From assembly GCA_951406725.2 (NCBI GenBank), contig OX597824.1:42098001-42162000 (forward strand): a stretch of DNA of 64,000 nt. Reading direction: 5' to 3'. This stretch comes from Octopus vulgaris (Eukaryota). The notes beneath the pieces are model-generated. The model was not told where the DNA came from and made no database searches. It worked only from the letters and a program-made list of their open reading frames with translations. The position numbers and the translations under genes are program-made. This document shows positions 1 through 14,219 of this stretch, piece after piece (position 1 is the stretch's first letter; the number at the start of each line of letters is the position of its first letter).

Positions 1-1
1 A

Positions 2-175
2 TTCAGTAGTTTACATAGAAGGCTGAGGGAACAACTTCAGGATTACCTTAATGGAGGAATAATACCAGATTGGATAACTAGAGGGAGGACAATACTCATC
101 ATGAAAGATAAGAGCAAGGGTAATACAGCTAGCAACTATAGACCAATCAGTTGCTTACCATTAGTGTGGAAGCTT
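2..175 (+). mobile_element. Non-LTR retrotransposon reverse-transcriptase fragment (R4/Dong-like), truncated by the window edge
   Basis: Frame 2 reads FSSLHRRLREQLQDYLNGGIIPDWITRGRTILIMKDKSKGNTASNYRPISCLPLVWKL, the 'P-W...T-LI-K...NYRPIsCL' N-terminal RT block of non-LTR elements. Homology stops at ~175. Confidence 0.85.
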
Positions 176-273
176 CGGCTAGCTAAGCCATCAATGGATT
201 GCCCGATGGAGTGTTAGCTGGCCGAAACTTCGAAGTCACTGCCGTTCTTGTTAAAGAATGATACACGCACGCA

Positions 274-312
<39 letters not shown>

Positions 313-684
313 GTATATGCTATGTAATAGATGTATGAACATGATAATTTCAACTATTTCTGTTGATTGAAAAAAAATGAACATCTTTGAAAGATTTTCG
401 ACACTTATTGGGGGTCTGCATCACTAGACCAATTTCAAAGAAAATAATTTGCCAATCTCCTTATATACTTATATACACAACAAATCCACTAGGTTCAGAA
501 AACTAGACCTACTAACTTGCATACCATTAGGGTTTAAAACTTTAATGTCTGTGGCTCATCAACGGGGATCCCATTTCACACAATACCAAGGGGTATTATA
601 ATGTATGTAAATCTACAGAGTAGATATACAAACATGACAAATTCATTTCCCCGCAGATTGAGAAAATATAAAAATGATTGGCAG

Positions 685-725
685 TCTTAATTGATTTTCG
701 ACCCTCATTGTGGTCTCATCAGAGA
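685..725 (-). ncRNA. Minimal type I hammerhead ribozyme motif (Penelope-type)
   Basis: Minus strand: tct CTGATGA gacc-acaatgag-ggtc GAAA atcaat TA aga. Intact core, 4-bp stem II, 3-bp stem I, near-palindromic stem III. Confidence 0.7.
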
Positions 726-1052
726 TGTGTACATCACTTGACCTGTAATATTATTATTCTTTTAACACAAATATTCTCTTTCGCGTGAGGTTTCTGACAG
801 ATAAAAGATAAACCCCTTTCTTAATATAACTTCTGTGTATCGGAATTATCATTCCCTAATGCTAATGGGCAATTAGATGAACTTGAGTAGAAAGGGTTAC
901 GATTCTTCAATAGATCTGGGGGTCAACTTTGCTTTCTATGCTCACAGAGTCGATAAAATAGAGTGCCAAATCAGGACAGAGGCATAGCAGAATTGACGAA
1001 GAATCAGACAAAATACCTTGCACTTTTTGTCCTGGCCGTGTATGTTCAAAGT

Positions 1053-1360
1053 GAAGGCATGTGGCTTAGTGGTTAGAGTAAGATCGTGAGTTCGATTTCC
1101 GGTAACGCGTTTTGTTCTTGAGCAAGACACTTTATTTCGCGTTGCTCTAGCCCACCCAGCTGGCAAAAAGAAGTTGTACCTGTATTTCAAAGGGCCAGCC
1201 TTGTTTCATCCTATGTCACGCTAAATTTCCCAGGGAACTTCGTTAAGAGTACGCATGTCTGTGGAGTGCTCAGCCACATGCACGTTAATTTCACGAGCAG
1301 GCTCTTCCGTTGATCGGATCAACTGGAACCCTTGTCACCTCAACCGATGGAGTGCCAGTT
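1053..1360 (+). mobile_element. tRNA-derived SINE, family C
   Basis: A-box-like TGGCTTAGTGG and B-box-like GTTCGATTTCC, then CTTGAGCAAGACACTTTATTTC...CAGCTGG. Homologous to 13210, 19070(-), 21696 and 55005(-). Confidence 0.8.
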
Positions 1361-2663
1361 AATTAGTATGTCCTGGCTTAATCTAGTTAAACACTACCTC
1401 TACCAACTAGTCCTAGGGAATCTGCAGCCCGATTGATTGCATTCGGGCTTTCCTACCATTTTTGGAGATCCTGACAAAATATAGTGTTACAGGTCTTTTC
1501 TCTTTGACTAAGAAGTAAAATTGTTCAGCAGATTTTGAAATTAAACCAGAAATGCAATGAGATTGTAACACTATTACTTTATCTGCTCAGCTACATCACT
1601 TTTGTTTTAACAATTTCCTTCATTTGCGTAACATGTATGTACAACCATACGAATACTTCCGTCTCTTTTGTTCACATAACGTTTCCATACTCGCTCGTCA
1701 TAAATTTAATCTAACGAAGGTGTCCCACAAGTCTTTTAACGCTTAATATATGTCCTTTTAAGAGATCTTGGTCGTATAGAACTACACCACAGTGTTTTCT
1801 TCTATTTTTTAACCAAGGAAAATATCGGCAATATTCACGATTATTGCGATAACACAATCATCTTTGTTATTGATGTTGGCTGCCATTGTAATAGTTGTGA
1901 AGTCATGCAAGTGATGACAAATTCCATATTATTTTTATTTTCTAGCTTCAGCATCGTTTTATTGCGCCGTGGAAGACATTTCTTTTGTTTTCTTTATAAT
2001 ATAACGATGGAACTCACCAGTTAATTTATAAATATGCTAAATACAGCATGGTTATTCAAGAAATTAATCAGCACACCATGGCCAAATAGTTCTCTAAGTC
2101 GGTACACACTCCATATTAATTGCCTCGGCATATATTTATTACGCTAGCTTTGAATGCAGTCATTTGTAAACAGATATTTCGAGAGCTTTAGATTAAATGT
2201 CATCAATATACGTATATTAACTCGATTCGGCTTTACCACAAAACTATTATGAAGTAGCTACGTTACACATACGTATCCATAAAAACATAATTATTTGCAT
2301 ACACGAAATTGCACGTTTGCACGAGCACACGCACATACACATATAATCGTACACATACTTAGGTGTATATGTATATGTGCGTGTGTCCGTACGTGTTTAT
2401 GTATATTTTATTTCAAAATGAATATATTCTAAATGAGTTCTTTTTTTGAAATATGGAGCCTCTGCTCATACAATGACGTGCGTGTGTGTAAATATGTATA
2501 TATATATGATATACATACATACACAGATATATATCCATACATATACATTCACACATACATATATACAGACGCATTCACAGACATTTACAACACATACAAA
2601 TTATATAATTATATTCTTTTATACTTTCATGTCTCAGAGAGTGAACTGCGGCCATACTGTTGC

Positions 2664-2743
<80 letters not shown>

Positions 2744-2761
2744 GTCTGTCTGTCTGTCTAT

Positions 2762-2828
<67 letters not shown>

Positions 2829-2832
<4 letters not shown>

Positions 2833-3342
2833 TGTGTGGTAAGAAGCTTGCTTCCCAACCTCATGGTTCTGGGTTCAGACCCTCTGCGTGGTACCTTGGG
2901 CAATCGTCTTCTACAACGGACGCGGGATGACAGGAGCCTTGTGAATGGAAGTGGGAGATGTAAGCTGAAAGAAGCCCGTCGTATACATACATACATACAT
3001 ACATACATACATACATACATGCATACATACATACATACATACATACATACAGGCATACATATACACGCACATACACACGCGCGAACACACACACATCTAT
3101 ATATGTATGTATATATGTATATATATTTATGTGTGTGTCTTTGTGTCTGTGTTTGTTTCCCCACCATCGCTTGATAACCGAAGTTGGTGTTTTTATGTCC
3201 CCGTAACTTAGCGGCTCGGCAAAAGTGTCCGATTAAATAAGTACTACGCTTACAAAAAAATAAGTCCTGGTATACATTTCTTCGACTAAATCACCTTAAG
3301 GTTGTGCTCCAGCATAGCCGCAGTCAAATAAGAATAAAAGAA
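2829..3342 (+). mobile_element. tRNA-derived SINE, family A, with internal microsatellite
   Basis: Head TGTGTGGTAAGAAGCTTGCTTCCCAACC...GGTTCAG...CCTTGGGCAA, then CTGAAAGAAGCCCGTCG, (TACA)n, 3' half CCCGTAACTTAGCGG...GCTCCAGCAT.GCCGCAGTCAAAT and an (AATAAAAG)-type tail. Many copies in the window. Confidence 0.85.
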
Positions 3343-3446
3343 TATATATATATATATATATATATATAATGAGATAGGGGTGATTGGGTATTATCTGATG
3401 GTTGATGATTGATTTAGATATATTTCTCCATTTCCTCATTTTGTAT

Positions 3447-3512
<66 letters not shown>

Positions 3513-4466
3513 TATGTGTGTATGTGTGCATGTACACTTATATGTATGTGTGTATGGATGTATCGACAGATAGATCGATATGTAGATGGACAAATGTGTT
3601 ATAAATTCCTTTAATAAAATCAATATTTGAATTCCCCCACCCCGCACACACACCTTAGAAAGAAACAAACTGAAAGTATTAAAAAAACGCATTATTCATT
3701 CAAATTCGTCAAACCACCAAAACTGGCAAACCCAGCAGCCGACATCTCACCAACGCACCAGCGCACCTTTAGTTATATAATAGCCAAACACACAGTGCAA
3801 CGCCATTTGAAGTCTTTTTTTTTTTCCTCTCTATTACACACACAGCACATTTAACTATATAAGGAAAAACGTTCTTTAAAGGCTATAAAAGGAAAACAAA
3901 CAAACAAAAAAAATTAGGAAAAATACGATAAAAACGAAAAATTAACAATAACAAGACATAAAATAACTAAACAACGTGTGTTCACTAGATTTTTGATCTT
4001 TTTGTTGCTGTTTTATAGTTATAGCTATCGTTTTATTGTTGTCGTTTTTCTTTTTTGATATTCTTCAGAAGTCTATTATTTGTGTGAATGTTCGCGATGG
4101 GACTTTAAGATGGTGAATGGACGGAATATAACCATTCTCTTTCATATATATTGGTATTTTATTCCTTGTGTATTAAGGAAGTGTCTTTACGCCGTCCTTT
4201 TTTTCCTTTTTGCCGTTCCTTTCTTTCACTCTTTTCTTCTCTCTCTCTCTTTTCTTTTCTTTATCTTTTTTCTCTTTTGTTTATTTATTTTTTTATTTTT
4301 GGTTGTTTTCCTTTTTTTTTCTTTCTTTCACCTTCTTTCATTTTATAACTGTGGCTCTTACCCGAAACGACCATTTAGAAGTGGTAAAACAATGTGTGAG
4401 TGGGAGGGAGGGAGGTGTATGGTTCAGAAGGACGAAGAAGAAAGACGGAAAAGGGAATGAGAGATT

Positions 4467-4512
<46 letters not shown>

Positions 4513-4513
4513 C

Positions 4514-4556
<43 letters not shown>

Positions 4557-5096
4557 GAGATAGAGAGATAGATAGATTGAGAGAGAGAGAGAGAGAGAGA
4601 TAAACAGAGAAAAAGAAAGAAAGAAAGAAGGAAAGAAAGAGAAAGAGACAGATAGACACCGAGAGAGATCTGTGAAGAAAACATTTTAAAGTATCGAGAG
4701 GGAGAAAAGAGGAAAGTGGGAGGAGGGAAACTAATGAAGGTAAATGGTAAAGAGAAACATTTTACGTCATTTTTATTGTTATTGTTGTAGTGGTACTTGC
4801 TGTTGTTGTTGTTGTCTTTGTTGTTGTTGTCGTTGATGTTGTTGCTTTTGTTGTTTTGTTGTTCGTTCGCCGCAGCTTTTATATTTGTTTTGGAATTTTC
4901 TTTACATTATTTAAATTATATTATTAGTAAATACAAACGCGTACACTCACACAAATGCATAGAAGCATACTCACATACACGCACACAAACGTGTATGTAT
5001 GTATGTATGTATGCATGTATGTATGTATGTATGTATGTATGTATGTATGTATGTATGTATGTATGCATGCATGCATGTATGTATCCATCAATCTAT

Positions 5097-5142
<46 letters not shown>

Positions 5143-5576
5143 ACACGAAAACGTATACCTTTAGATATGTATTAGCGTATGTGCGTACATGCGTGCAAGC
5201 GTTCTTAACATCATCATCATTCCTCTTTTTCTCCTTCTTTATGTTGCTGCGGCTGGTGTTGTTGTTGTTGTTGTTGTTGTTGTTGCTGTTGTTGTTACTG
5301 TTCCTTTAACAAAATTCGCAGACCTATTCTTACCCCCAGAAAACAGTAGCCACCCATAAACAATCGAATACACCCGAACAAGAAGAACAATAACAAGAAG
5401 AAGAAGAACAACAACAACAAAAATAACAATAAAAAACAAATTATATAAAATAATAGACCTTACTACATATACCCCCATTCCTTCTCTTCTACACTTCCTT
5501 CTCATCCTACTACCCACATACTGCCATCTATGTGGGTTTTGACGGTGAGCGTATGTGCGCACGCGCACACCAATAA

Positions 5577-5607
<31 letters not shown>

Positions 5608-5828
5608 CTCACACATACATATATATGTGTATGTGTAAGTATATGTATGTATGTATAATATATATACACACATGTATATATATTGTATGTCTTTTCGTAT
5701 GCGCAGTTGTGTGTGCATATATATATATATGTGTGTGTATATATATATGTGTGTGTTTGTGTGCGTGTGTATAAATTATATGTGTATACATTTATACACA
5801 CATATATATGTACACATACCTGCATACA

Positions 5829-5953
<125 letters not shown>

Positions 5954-6993
5954 ACACACACACATATATATATATGCACACACAACCGCAGCATACGAAA
6001 AGACATACACACATATTCACAATAGTATTTTTTTTATTAATTTTCTTTTTGGCTCTCGTTTTGTATGGGCATATTCTTCTCTTCTGGAGATATTTACAGT
6101 GTGATGAACACCTTCATGTCACCCTAGGGATATTACTAAAATGTGGGTGGGGTGCATGGTTGTTCCGCCATGCATTCAACCAATGGGGGATAACGAAACT
6201 GAAAGCTGCGGCGCGTGTTTGTGTGTGTGTGTATGTGTGTATGTGTGTGTGCGTGTTTGTGTGTGTGTGTGTGTGTGTGGTTTTGTGTGTGTATGGGTGT
6301 ACATGGTCGTATGGTATGTGTGCGTTGTGCGAGCACTGGGGATGTGAGTGTGTATGTGTGTGTGTGTGTGAGAAAGGGAAGGTGTGCGTGAATGTATGAT
6401 TAGTTGAATGAGTGAGTGTGGGAGTAAACGAGGGAAGTGGGTTACTGTGCGGTGAGTGGGGATAATGGTGATGGTTGCGGCAGTGGTGGTGGTGGTGGTA
6501 GTGGTGTTGGTGGTCGTGATGAATGTATTGGTCAAATGAAAACGAAAATATGATCCCCAATCTCCCGCCAAAGAGGCAAAACTAATGGCCGCCGTTGTTC
6601 ATTATGACTTTCTTAATATGGATATATCTGACGGCCATTTTTATGGGCGAGTTGGAAAAACGTCGGTGGCAATGGTGATAGTGGTGGTGGTGGTGGCTGT
6701 GCTTAAGGGTGTAGTGTGGGTGCCGGTGTGAATGGGTGGCACAGGGATTGATGCAGAGGGGTGGTAAGTGTGCGTGTGGGGGAGTGACTCTGGTCATTCG
6801 TCTAGGACCGGATAAGGTCGTGGGTGTCTGACCGTAACACTAGGCAACGTCACTATCGCGTTCACCACAACATAACCACATCGTCAGCACCAGTGCCAGC
6901 AACAGCAGCAGCAGCAGTAGCCGATTCCCATAACGGCACCCTCACCATAAGCACCACTGGCGCCAAGGCTATTGCCGCTTCCATCACTATCAT

Positions 6994-7050
<57 letters not shown>

Positions 7051-7100
7051 CACCACCACCACCACTACTACTACTACTACCACCACCACCACCATTACTA
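6994..7100. repeat. (CTA)n/(CCA)n compound trinucleotide microsatellite
   Basis: Direct reading. Source of the poly-T/poly-L/poly-V ORFs. Confidence 0.95.
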
Positions 7101-7277
7101 CTAACACCACAATCACTACAACAACCAACAAAACCACTTATACCAAGCCGTGAACAACAAGAATTAGTCAACACCAGTACCTACACCACTACTACAGTTA
7201 TGACTTACCATCGTCCACACAAAACCAGCACTGTTACCATGAGACTGATCACCGCAACCACAACCTTAACTAACATA

Positions 7278-7338
<61 letters not shown>

Positions 7339-7359
7339 AATCTATCTATCTATCTATCA

Positions 7360-7391
<32 letters not shown>

Positions 7392-7991
7392 AACTGTGTC
7401 AGTCAGTCTGTGCATGTATGTACGTATCTATATTTATGTCTATATATATGTCTGTCTATCTACTTATATAATGGATATATAAGTGCAAACATTTGTATAT
7501 GCTCCGCTGGATGCGTTGTGTTCGTATGGTATGTGCAGATGTTTATTTATATTTTCCGGTTATGTTTGTACTGATGGGTGGAGAACATTGTAGTGTATGG
7601 TGACCACGAAATCATTAATGGTATACGACTAAACCGTTCTTTTTAAAGGAATTTCTGTTTTATTTCCTCGAAGTTGGGGCGTGTGTATACTTATTGAAAT
7701 AGTTTGACTTTAGAATCCCATTAAAGCGTGTGGCTTTACGTATTGTAATAGCGCTTGACATTATAATGTATTTTATATATAAGGGAAGAAAATATACACT
7801 TTGTATTAATTCTTTCCTTAATTGGTTTTACACGCAGGCTACCCGATAAAATCGTATATAGATTTTATCCTTATAATTTATATGAATATATATACGACAG
7901 GCTTCTTTCAGTTTCCATCTACCAGATCTACTCACGTGGCTTTGGTAGACTAGGAGCTATAGTAGTAGACACTAACCCAAGGGCCATGTTG

Positions 7992-8690
7992 CAGGACGTC
8001 ACAAACCGTACAGGACGTCACAAACCGTAAACAACATGAAATAGGAAAACAAATGAGTTGATACGCAAACAATGATAGAAACAAATGAAAAACAGGACAA
8101 GTAACATAAAGAACGACCCTTCATCAGTTGTTAGCTGTCTATCTACTTCTCATTTCGAGCATTGAACGATAATATGAGTCTTCGAAGGCAGTTGCTCCCG
8201 CAACACCAAAATAAAATTTGGGGTTTGCGGAGGGTCAAAGTTGGTAACAAAAAACAGAACAGTGGAGACATATTAGGAAACCGAACGAAAACAAACATGG
8301 AAGGTCGTTAGACCAGACGAAGTTAAAATAGTGAATGCTGGAGAAATGTTTTCTTTGACAAGACAAAAAATTAAAGGGAGAGACAGATAGGATACGTGCA
8401 GTCTCTACAACAGCCCTGTAGGAAAAGAAAGATAATCATGTGAAGAAAAGAAAGATTGACGATGGTCACGTGTGAGCAATGAGAAAGAGAGTAAAGGAGA
8501 AGGAAGGAGAGAGAGACAGACAGACAGACAGATGGAAAACGGTGAAGGGGAGAAAAAATGAATTAGAGAAAGGATGAGAGAGAAAACGATAGGAAGAGAG
8601 AAGAGTATAGGGTAGTGTCGCATCAAATATATTAAGATAAACTTACTTGGAAATGGATGGGTGGCGTTCAATCAAATAATAATATAAATA
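7992..8690 (-). mobile_element. Non-coding repeat family P2 (ends ...TGACGTCCTGTAC), probable Penelope-like terminal derivative
   Basis: The reverse complement matches 8786-9068 (terminal ~280 bp) and 9900-10070 (internal part). The 19-bp terminal unit CAGGACGTCACAAACCGTA is duplicated at 7992-8029. Confidence 0.6.
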
Positions 8691-8764
8691 ACATATATAT
8701 ATATCTACACACACATACGCGCGCACACACACGCACATATATATATATACATATATACATATAT

Positions 8765-9075
8765 GGGTATAGGACGTCACAAACCATTCGTTCGGTTTCT
8801 TTGTATGTCTCAACTGTCTTGTTTTGTTAAGAAATTTGATGCTTTGCAAATCCCAAATTTTTTTTTGGTTGTTGCGGGATTAATTGTCTTCGAAGACTCA
8901 TACTGTCGTTCAATGCTCGAACTGAGGAGTAGATGGTCAGTTGACAACGGATGAAGGGTCATTCTTTATGTTACTTGTCCTGTTTTTCATTTGTATCTCG
9001 CGTTGTTTGCGTATCAACTCATTTGTTTTCTTATTTCATGTTGTTTATGGTTTGTGACGTCCTGTACCATATATG
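8765..9075 (+). mobile_element. Family P2 copy with a short 5' inversion, inside a (TA)n tract
   Basis: Begins with inverted terminal piece TATAGGACGTCACAAACCA, then the body ending TGGTTTGTGACGTCCTGTACCATATATG. TA-rich microsatellite on both sides. Confidence 0.65.
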
Positions 9076-9089
9076 CATATATGCCTATA

Positions 9090-9154
<65 letters not shown>

Positions 9155-9259
9155 GTATTTATGTATGTATGTATGTTTGTATGTATGTATGCACATATAT
9201 ATATGTATGCATATATATATATTATTTATTCACACATATATAAAATTAATTAAGGTTTT

Positions 9260-9453
<194 letters not shown>

Positions 9454-9496
9454 AGTGGCCAGCAAGTTTAAGCCTATATAGGTAAAATATACAATT

Positions 9497-9847
9497 AAAT
9501 TAAGTAGGGTATCAGAATACCACTCGCTAGAAATAGGAGCTACCACACCAATACCACAAATTTGTCCCTATTACAATACAGACGGTAAATGCAACGAACA
9601 TAACAAGAAATAGCTTTACCTTGTATGATCTATAGAAACAAGAATAACAGACATTCCGGTATCAGTTTATTTCCCCTTTTGTATCAATATACTTAAGGCT
9701 TATCAGCCGGACTTACTATATATCATCTATTTTTGAAAATATTCATCCCATTACACCGTTGCAGTCACCATATGTATTTTAGTAGTGAGAAATTTGTGGT
9801 CTTGTAGGTATTTTTAGCAAGAGGTATTCCGATACCTTACTTAATTT
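9497..9847. mobile_element. Inverted-repeat element family P1 with degenerate hammerhead (9655-9711, minus strand)
   Basis: Left arm AAATTAAGTAGGGTATCAGAATACCACTCGCTAGAAATA matches the reverse complement of 9809-9847. Minus strand: tccgg CTGATAA gcctt...aaggg GAAA taaactga TA ccgga. Confidence 0.65.
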
Positions 9848-9899
9848 GTTTATGTGTGTGTGTATGTGTGTGTGTGTATATTATATATATATCATTATA

Positions 9900-10226
9900 T
9901 GATCGAACGCCACGCAACCATTTCCAAGTAAGTTTTATCTTAATGATTCCGATGCTGCACTCCTATCACTATCTCTATTCTCCCTCTCTCTCCCTCACTC
10001 TTCCTCACTGTTTCTCCCGACTCTCTCTGTTGCTCACACGTAACCAGCGGCTATCTTTCTTTCTCCTCCTTACGCTACAAGAGACAAGGCTCATTTTTTG
10101 GCCTGTCTCGTTTCTCTATTTGTTTCTTTCGTTGTTCGAAAAAGTTCGTTTTTCCATGTTTTTGTTTTTTTTATGTTCTCTTTCTTCATGTCGTTCACGT
10201 TTTTTGACGTCCTGTACTCATATATG
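9900..10226 (+). mobile_element. Family P2 copy, internally deleted
   Basis: GAACGCCACGCAACCATTTCCAAGTAAGTTT and TGCTCACACGT match the reverse complement of 8400-8670. Ends TGACGTCCTGTACTCATATATG. Confidence 0.6.
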
Positions 10227-11494
10227 CATGTGTATATACATATATATGTAGATATGTACATGTATGTATGTATACATGCATATATATGTATATTATATAT
10301 ATTATATATATACCAATAATACATCGGAATTTTCGACTATGCAGAATATGACCCAAAAATATTCGAGGAGACCTTTTGAAGAATTCCTTCAGGCACAGAA
10401 AGCCAGATTACCAAACATTCCTCCAACTACATACATACATACATACATACATACATTTATGCATGCATACATACATACCCACAGACGCTCATGTGCGCGC
10501 ACACGGACACACACTTACACATTTATGCTTATACCTATATTTAAACTACCTTTCTTTCTGTAACTGTCTCTTCACTCATCCAACAATCTTTCTCTCCTAT
10601 TACTTTCGTCTCACTAACGAGCATTCTGTCTATCAATCTCCCTAACATTATATAACTTGGAGTGAAATAGTGCGAGCTGAATGAAAATGGAGAATTTAGG
10701 GAAGATATGAGACAGAGATAATAAAATTTAAACATTCTGAGCAAAAGAATATGCGGAAATGGAAATATAGGAGTAAGGGAAGCAAAGACGAAAATACAGG
10801 GAAATAGAAGGAGAAAGAGCTATAGCTTACGTAAACTATAGTAAATAGATATACTATGAGAGACAGTGAGCTAGAAAGAGAGAGACAATGAGAATGAAAT
10901 TTTCCAAAGAGTGAGACAGGATGGGGAAAATAAGTAAAAGGAAAAAAGAAATGAAAAGCCTGTGTGATAAAATGTTGATTATTGTTGGAATATTGCTTGG
11001 AGGTCATTTCTTCATCAATTTTTGGGATGTATACAATAATGGTCTGCCATTTCAGCACTATGGACCGCTAACCCTAACCCTAACCCTATCTTTAGTCCTA
11101 ACTGTAACCCTTAAGCCATTTTTGCTTTCCATTTTGGATACCTTTGTGATATAGTTACCTCAGTTCTGAACAATGGATGCATTCTTCTCACTTTTCACGT
11201 TTCAGGTCACCTTGCATTTGCAATGTCCATTAGTCAGCTTCTGCAATCGAGTTGGAAATAATCCAGCCAGACCCGAAGTTTGAAACTGACAAAACCTTTA
11301 TTCTTTTCTTTTTTTTTTTGCACTATGTGACGCTAAGTTTTCTGTGGGTTGTTATCATGAGGCCTGAGGGTTCCTGACAGCTTTGCAACTATTTTTGGTT
11401 GTCTATTATTTTCACGATGTTCATCATCATCATCATTATCATCCCCACTACCACCACCACCAAATACACCACCACCACCACCACCATCATCATC

Positions 11495-11622
<128 letters not shown>

Positions 11623-12225
11623 CATGTTTCAGTTATGTTTCTATTGCTTGCCGAGTGTCTTTCCAACACCTAGGGCAAAGAAACTCACTGCATACATTGG
11701 TAGGCCATAAATTAAACACACCAGATTGTTCATTTACAAAATCATGTGATAGAAAAAAAAGGGCAGAAAGATAGAGGAAAAAAGGAAAAAAAGGAAAATT
11801 TTAAAAAGGAATGAAAAAATAAGGGGGAAAAGGAAAGAACATTACCAGCAACAATGCTCTTCTCACTACGTGTGACGTACCACTTAAGATAAACTTTTGC
11901 ACTCCCTGCATGGATGGTAAGTCAGAGGTCATCCTCAAATAATTTTTAGTTCCTTTTTTGATCATTCCAAGTGCTCCTACAATCACTGGTATTATAACCG
12001 TCTTGAGATGCCACATTTTTTCGATTTCAATCAGCAAATCTTATATTTTCTGACCTTATCAAATTCTTTTGCCGAGATATTGATCACAAATTATGCTCAT
12101 GTCAACCAGTAAGCAAACTTTATTGCTTTGGTCATTCACAGTAATATCTGGTTTATCAGCTTTGATGATCCGCTCTGTACATCTTGAAAAGTCCCAATGA
12201 ATCGTTACATTTTCTCACTCAGTTT
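11623..12225 (-). mobile_element. R4/Dong-like non-LTR retrotransposon 3' end (restriction-like endonuclease plus 3' UTR), degenerate
   Basis: Minus strand encodes ENVTIHWDF...IKADKPDITV...CLLVDMS (PD..D motif) and, after a frameshift, LIEIEKMWHLKTVIIPVIVGALG...GTSHVVRRAL. The 3' UTR matches 34050-34308 and runs into (TAA)n. Confidence 0.85.
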
Positions 12226-13209
12226 TAAAGCATGAGTATTTACGCTGTTCAAAGATAAAATAATGCTGTATGACTCATGGTTTGTTGCCAGTTACGAACC
12301 CTGTCGACTGCATCTTTTTGACCTAAACTTATCATGTCTCCATAGAAATCAAATCTACAGCAAACTTGAAGGCAATGTGTCGAATTTTTTCATGTAGTCC
12401 TTGACAGGTCTTTCTAGAATCGCACAAGTTTGTGTGTGCATTATTACCAAGGTAAAAACCCAGGAAGGGAGTGTATATACGCTTGCTCGACCTATCAGAA
12501 TACCAACCAAATTCCTTCAAATCACAGCTTACCTTCAATTGGAAAAGAAAGATGGAAAAGAATGGGTGTTCATTGACCCTGTTCATCTCGTAAAGAGCTT
12601 GAAGAGGCAAGGAACACTTTATACCAGGACTCTGTACCTCGGCCACGAAGATGGATAGATTCATTTATATATAAAACATACAAAGGACCTGATTTTACAT
12701 ACCATAGTGTTTACAGTCAAATGTTAGGATCGTCTTTTGTAGAAAATGTGATAGAAAAGTGTGTGTGGGCAGACGGATATTTCTTTTATGTGCATTTTAT
12801 GATAATGTCACAATAGACAGAGTGAAAACGGACAGCTGCTCAAATTGCCGGGTGCCGAGTAAAAGAAAGAGTTACTTGGTATTGGCTTTAATAACAAAAT
12901 GGCTACCAAAGGACAAATCACTAATTGGCTTTTAGAAAGCCCGTGAAAAGCTAAAAAATACCCTCTTTTGCAATGAGGGTTGCACTACACATTTAATGAT
13001 GTAGAAATCAGCATATGCCATAAATAATATTGCATGCAGTGAAAGGTTAAATTATTTTTAGCTAGGATGTACGAGGACGATTGTAGTGTCGGGGTAAATG
13101 TGACACTAGGGAGTTAACCTGCTTTCCATAACGGATAAGTAAACATTTTCTTGTCATTCCTTCCTTTCCTAGAATTGTTTATTCGTGTAAACTATACAAC
13201 GGCAGAGTG

Positions 13210-13380
13210 GAGACGCATAACTTAGTAGTTAGAGTGTTGGACTCCTGATCGCAAGATTGTGGTTTCTATTCCTGGACAGGGCGATGCGTTGTATTCTTGA
13301 GCAAAACACTTCAATTCATGTTGCTCCAGTTTACTCATTTGATAAAAATGAGTAATCCCAAGGTAGACTGGCCTCCCTTC
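13210..13380 (+). mobile_element. SINE family C, partial
   Basis: CTTAGTAGTTAGAGTG...TTCTTGAGCAAAACACTTCAATTCATGTTGCTCCAG. Confidence 0.75.
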
Positions 13381-14219
13381 CAAAGAGCGATGTTAGAAAA
13401 CCCGGGCTACCGTGCCTATGCTATTTAAGGTGTAATGTGGACTAGTCAACAAAACAGTAGCGTTTGGCTTGCTGTTAGTCTTTGTTAGTTAATTAGTTTA
13501 GGAAGGTTTAAAATGTTATTACTCAAAATCACGTACCTAGGGTAACTCGCACGTTTTGTATAAAATGTTAATTTATTTCAGGCCACTGTAGAAATGAAAC
13601 TTTTCTTCTATTTTTCGATATTGAATTTCATTGTCAGCTAACCAAAGATAAACGAAGTGAAACAAAGAATTTTTTATGAAGTTCCTGGCAGAAATGAAAT
13701 GAGGTCACCTGTCGCAGTGTGTCGATCCACCAAATACTAATTCCTTATCTAGTTTTATATATATTTTCTTTTGCCAATTCTTTACTAAAATTAACCGATT
13801 CTTATATAGCTTCTTCTTTCTAGTACTTTCTAGTACTACTCACTATTCATTGATTATATTACATCTTATGAAATACTCCTTAACTATTTCACCAAAGTAA
13901 CCAAAGTACTATCCAGTTTGACCGTACAAATTATAAACTTGTGTGCTTTTTAGCCACATACTACAATGTGTGAATAGTATATACTATCTATAAATACTAA
14001 CCGGGTACATACTTTCAATATAACCTAGGTGCCCTGTTTCGAATTATCTAAGTCTGCCGTATTACATTCATTATCGTTTAGACAGATGTTTCCTTCTGAA
14101 CAGGTTTAATTTCTTTGTATCAATTATTCCTACACAATCCCAGAGTGCGTCTTTGACGCATTACAAATTTCCATTGACCCTAATGAAAGTCGGGACATTA
14201 ATATTTCTACCCTTGAATA

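Noticed and set aside
1053-1110. tRNA gene suggested by A/B boxes (also at other SINE heads)
   Set aside because: No full cloverleaf. It continues into SINE body sequence present in several copies.
10325-10410. Minus-strand CTGAAGG...GAAA hammerhead-like motif
   Set aside because: Core altered and stems I-III do not pair convincingly.
11068-11087. (CCCTAA)3 telomere-like repeat
   Set aside because: Only about three units, internal to a dispersed-repeat-like segment. Not a telomere.
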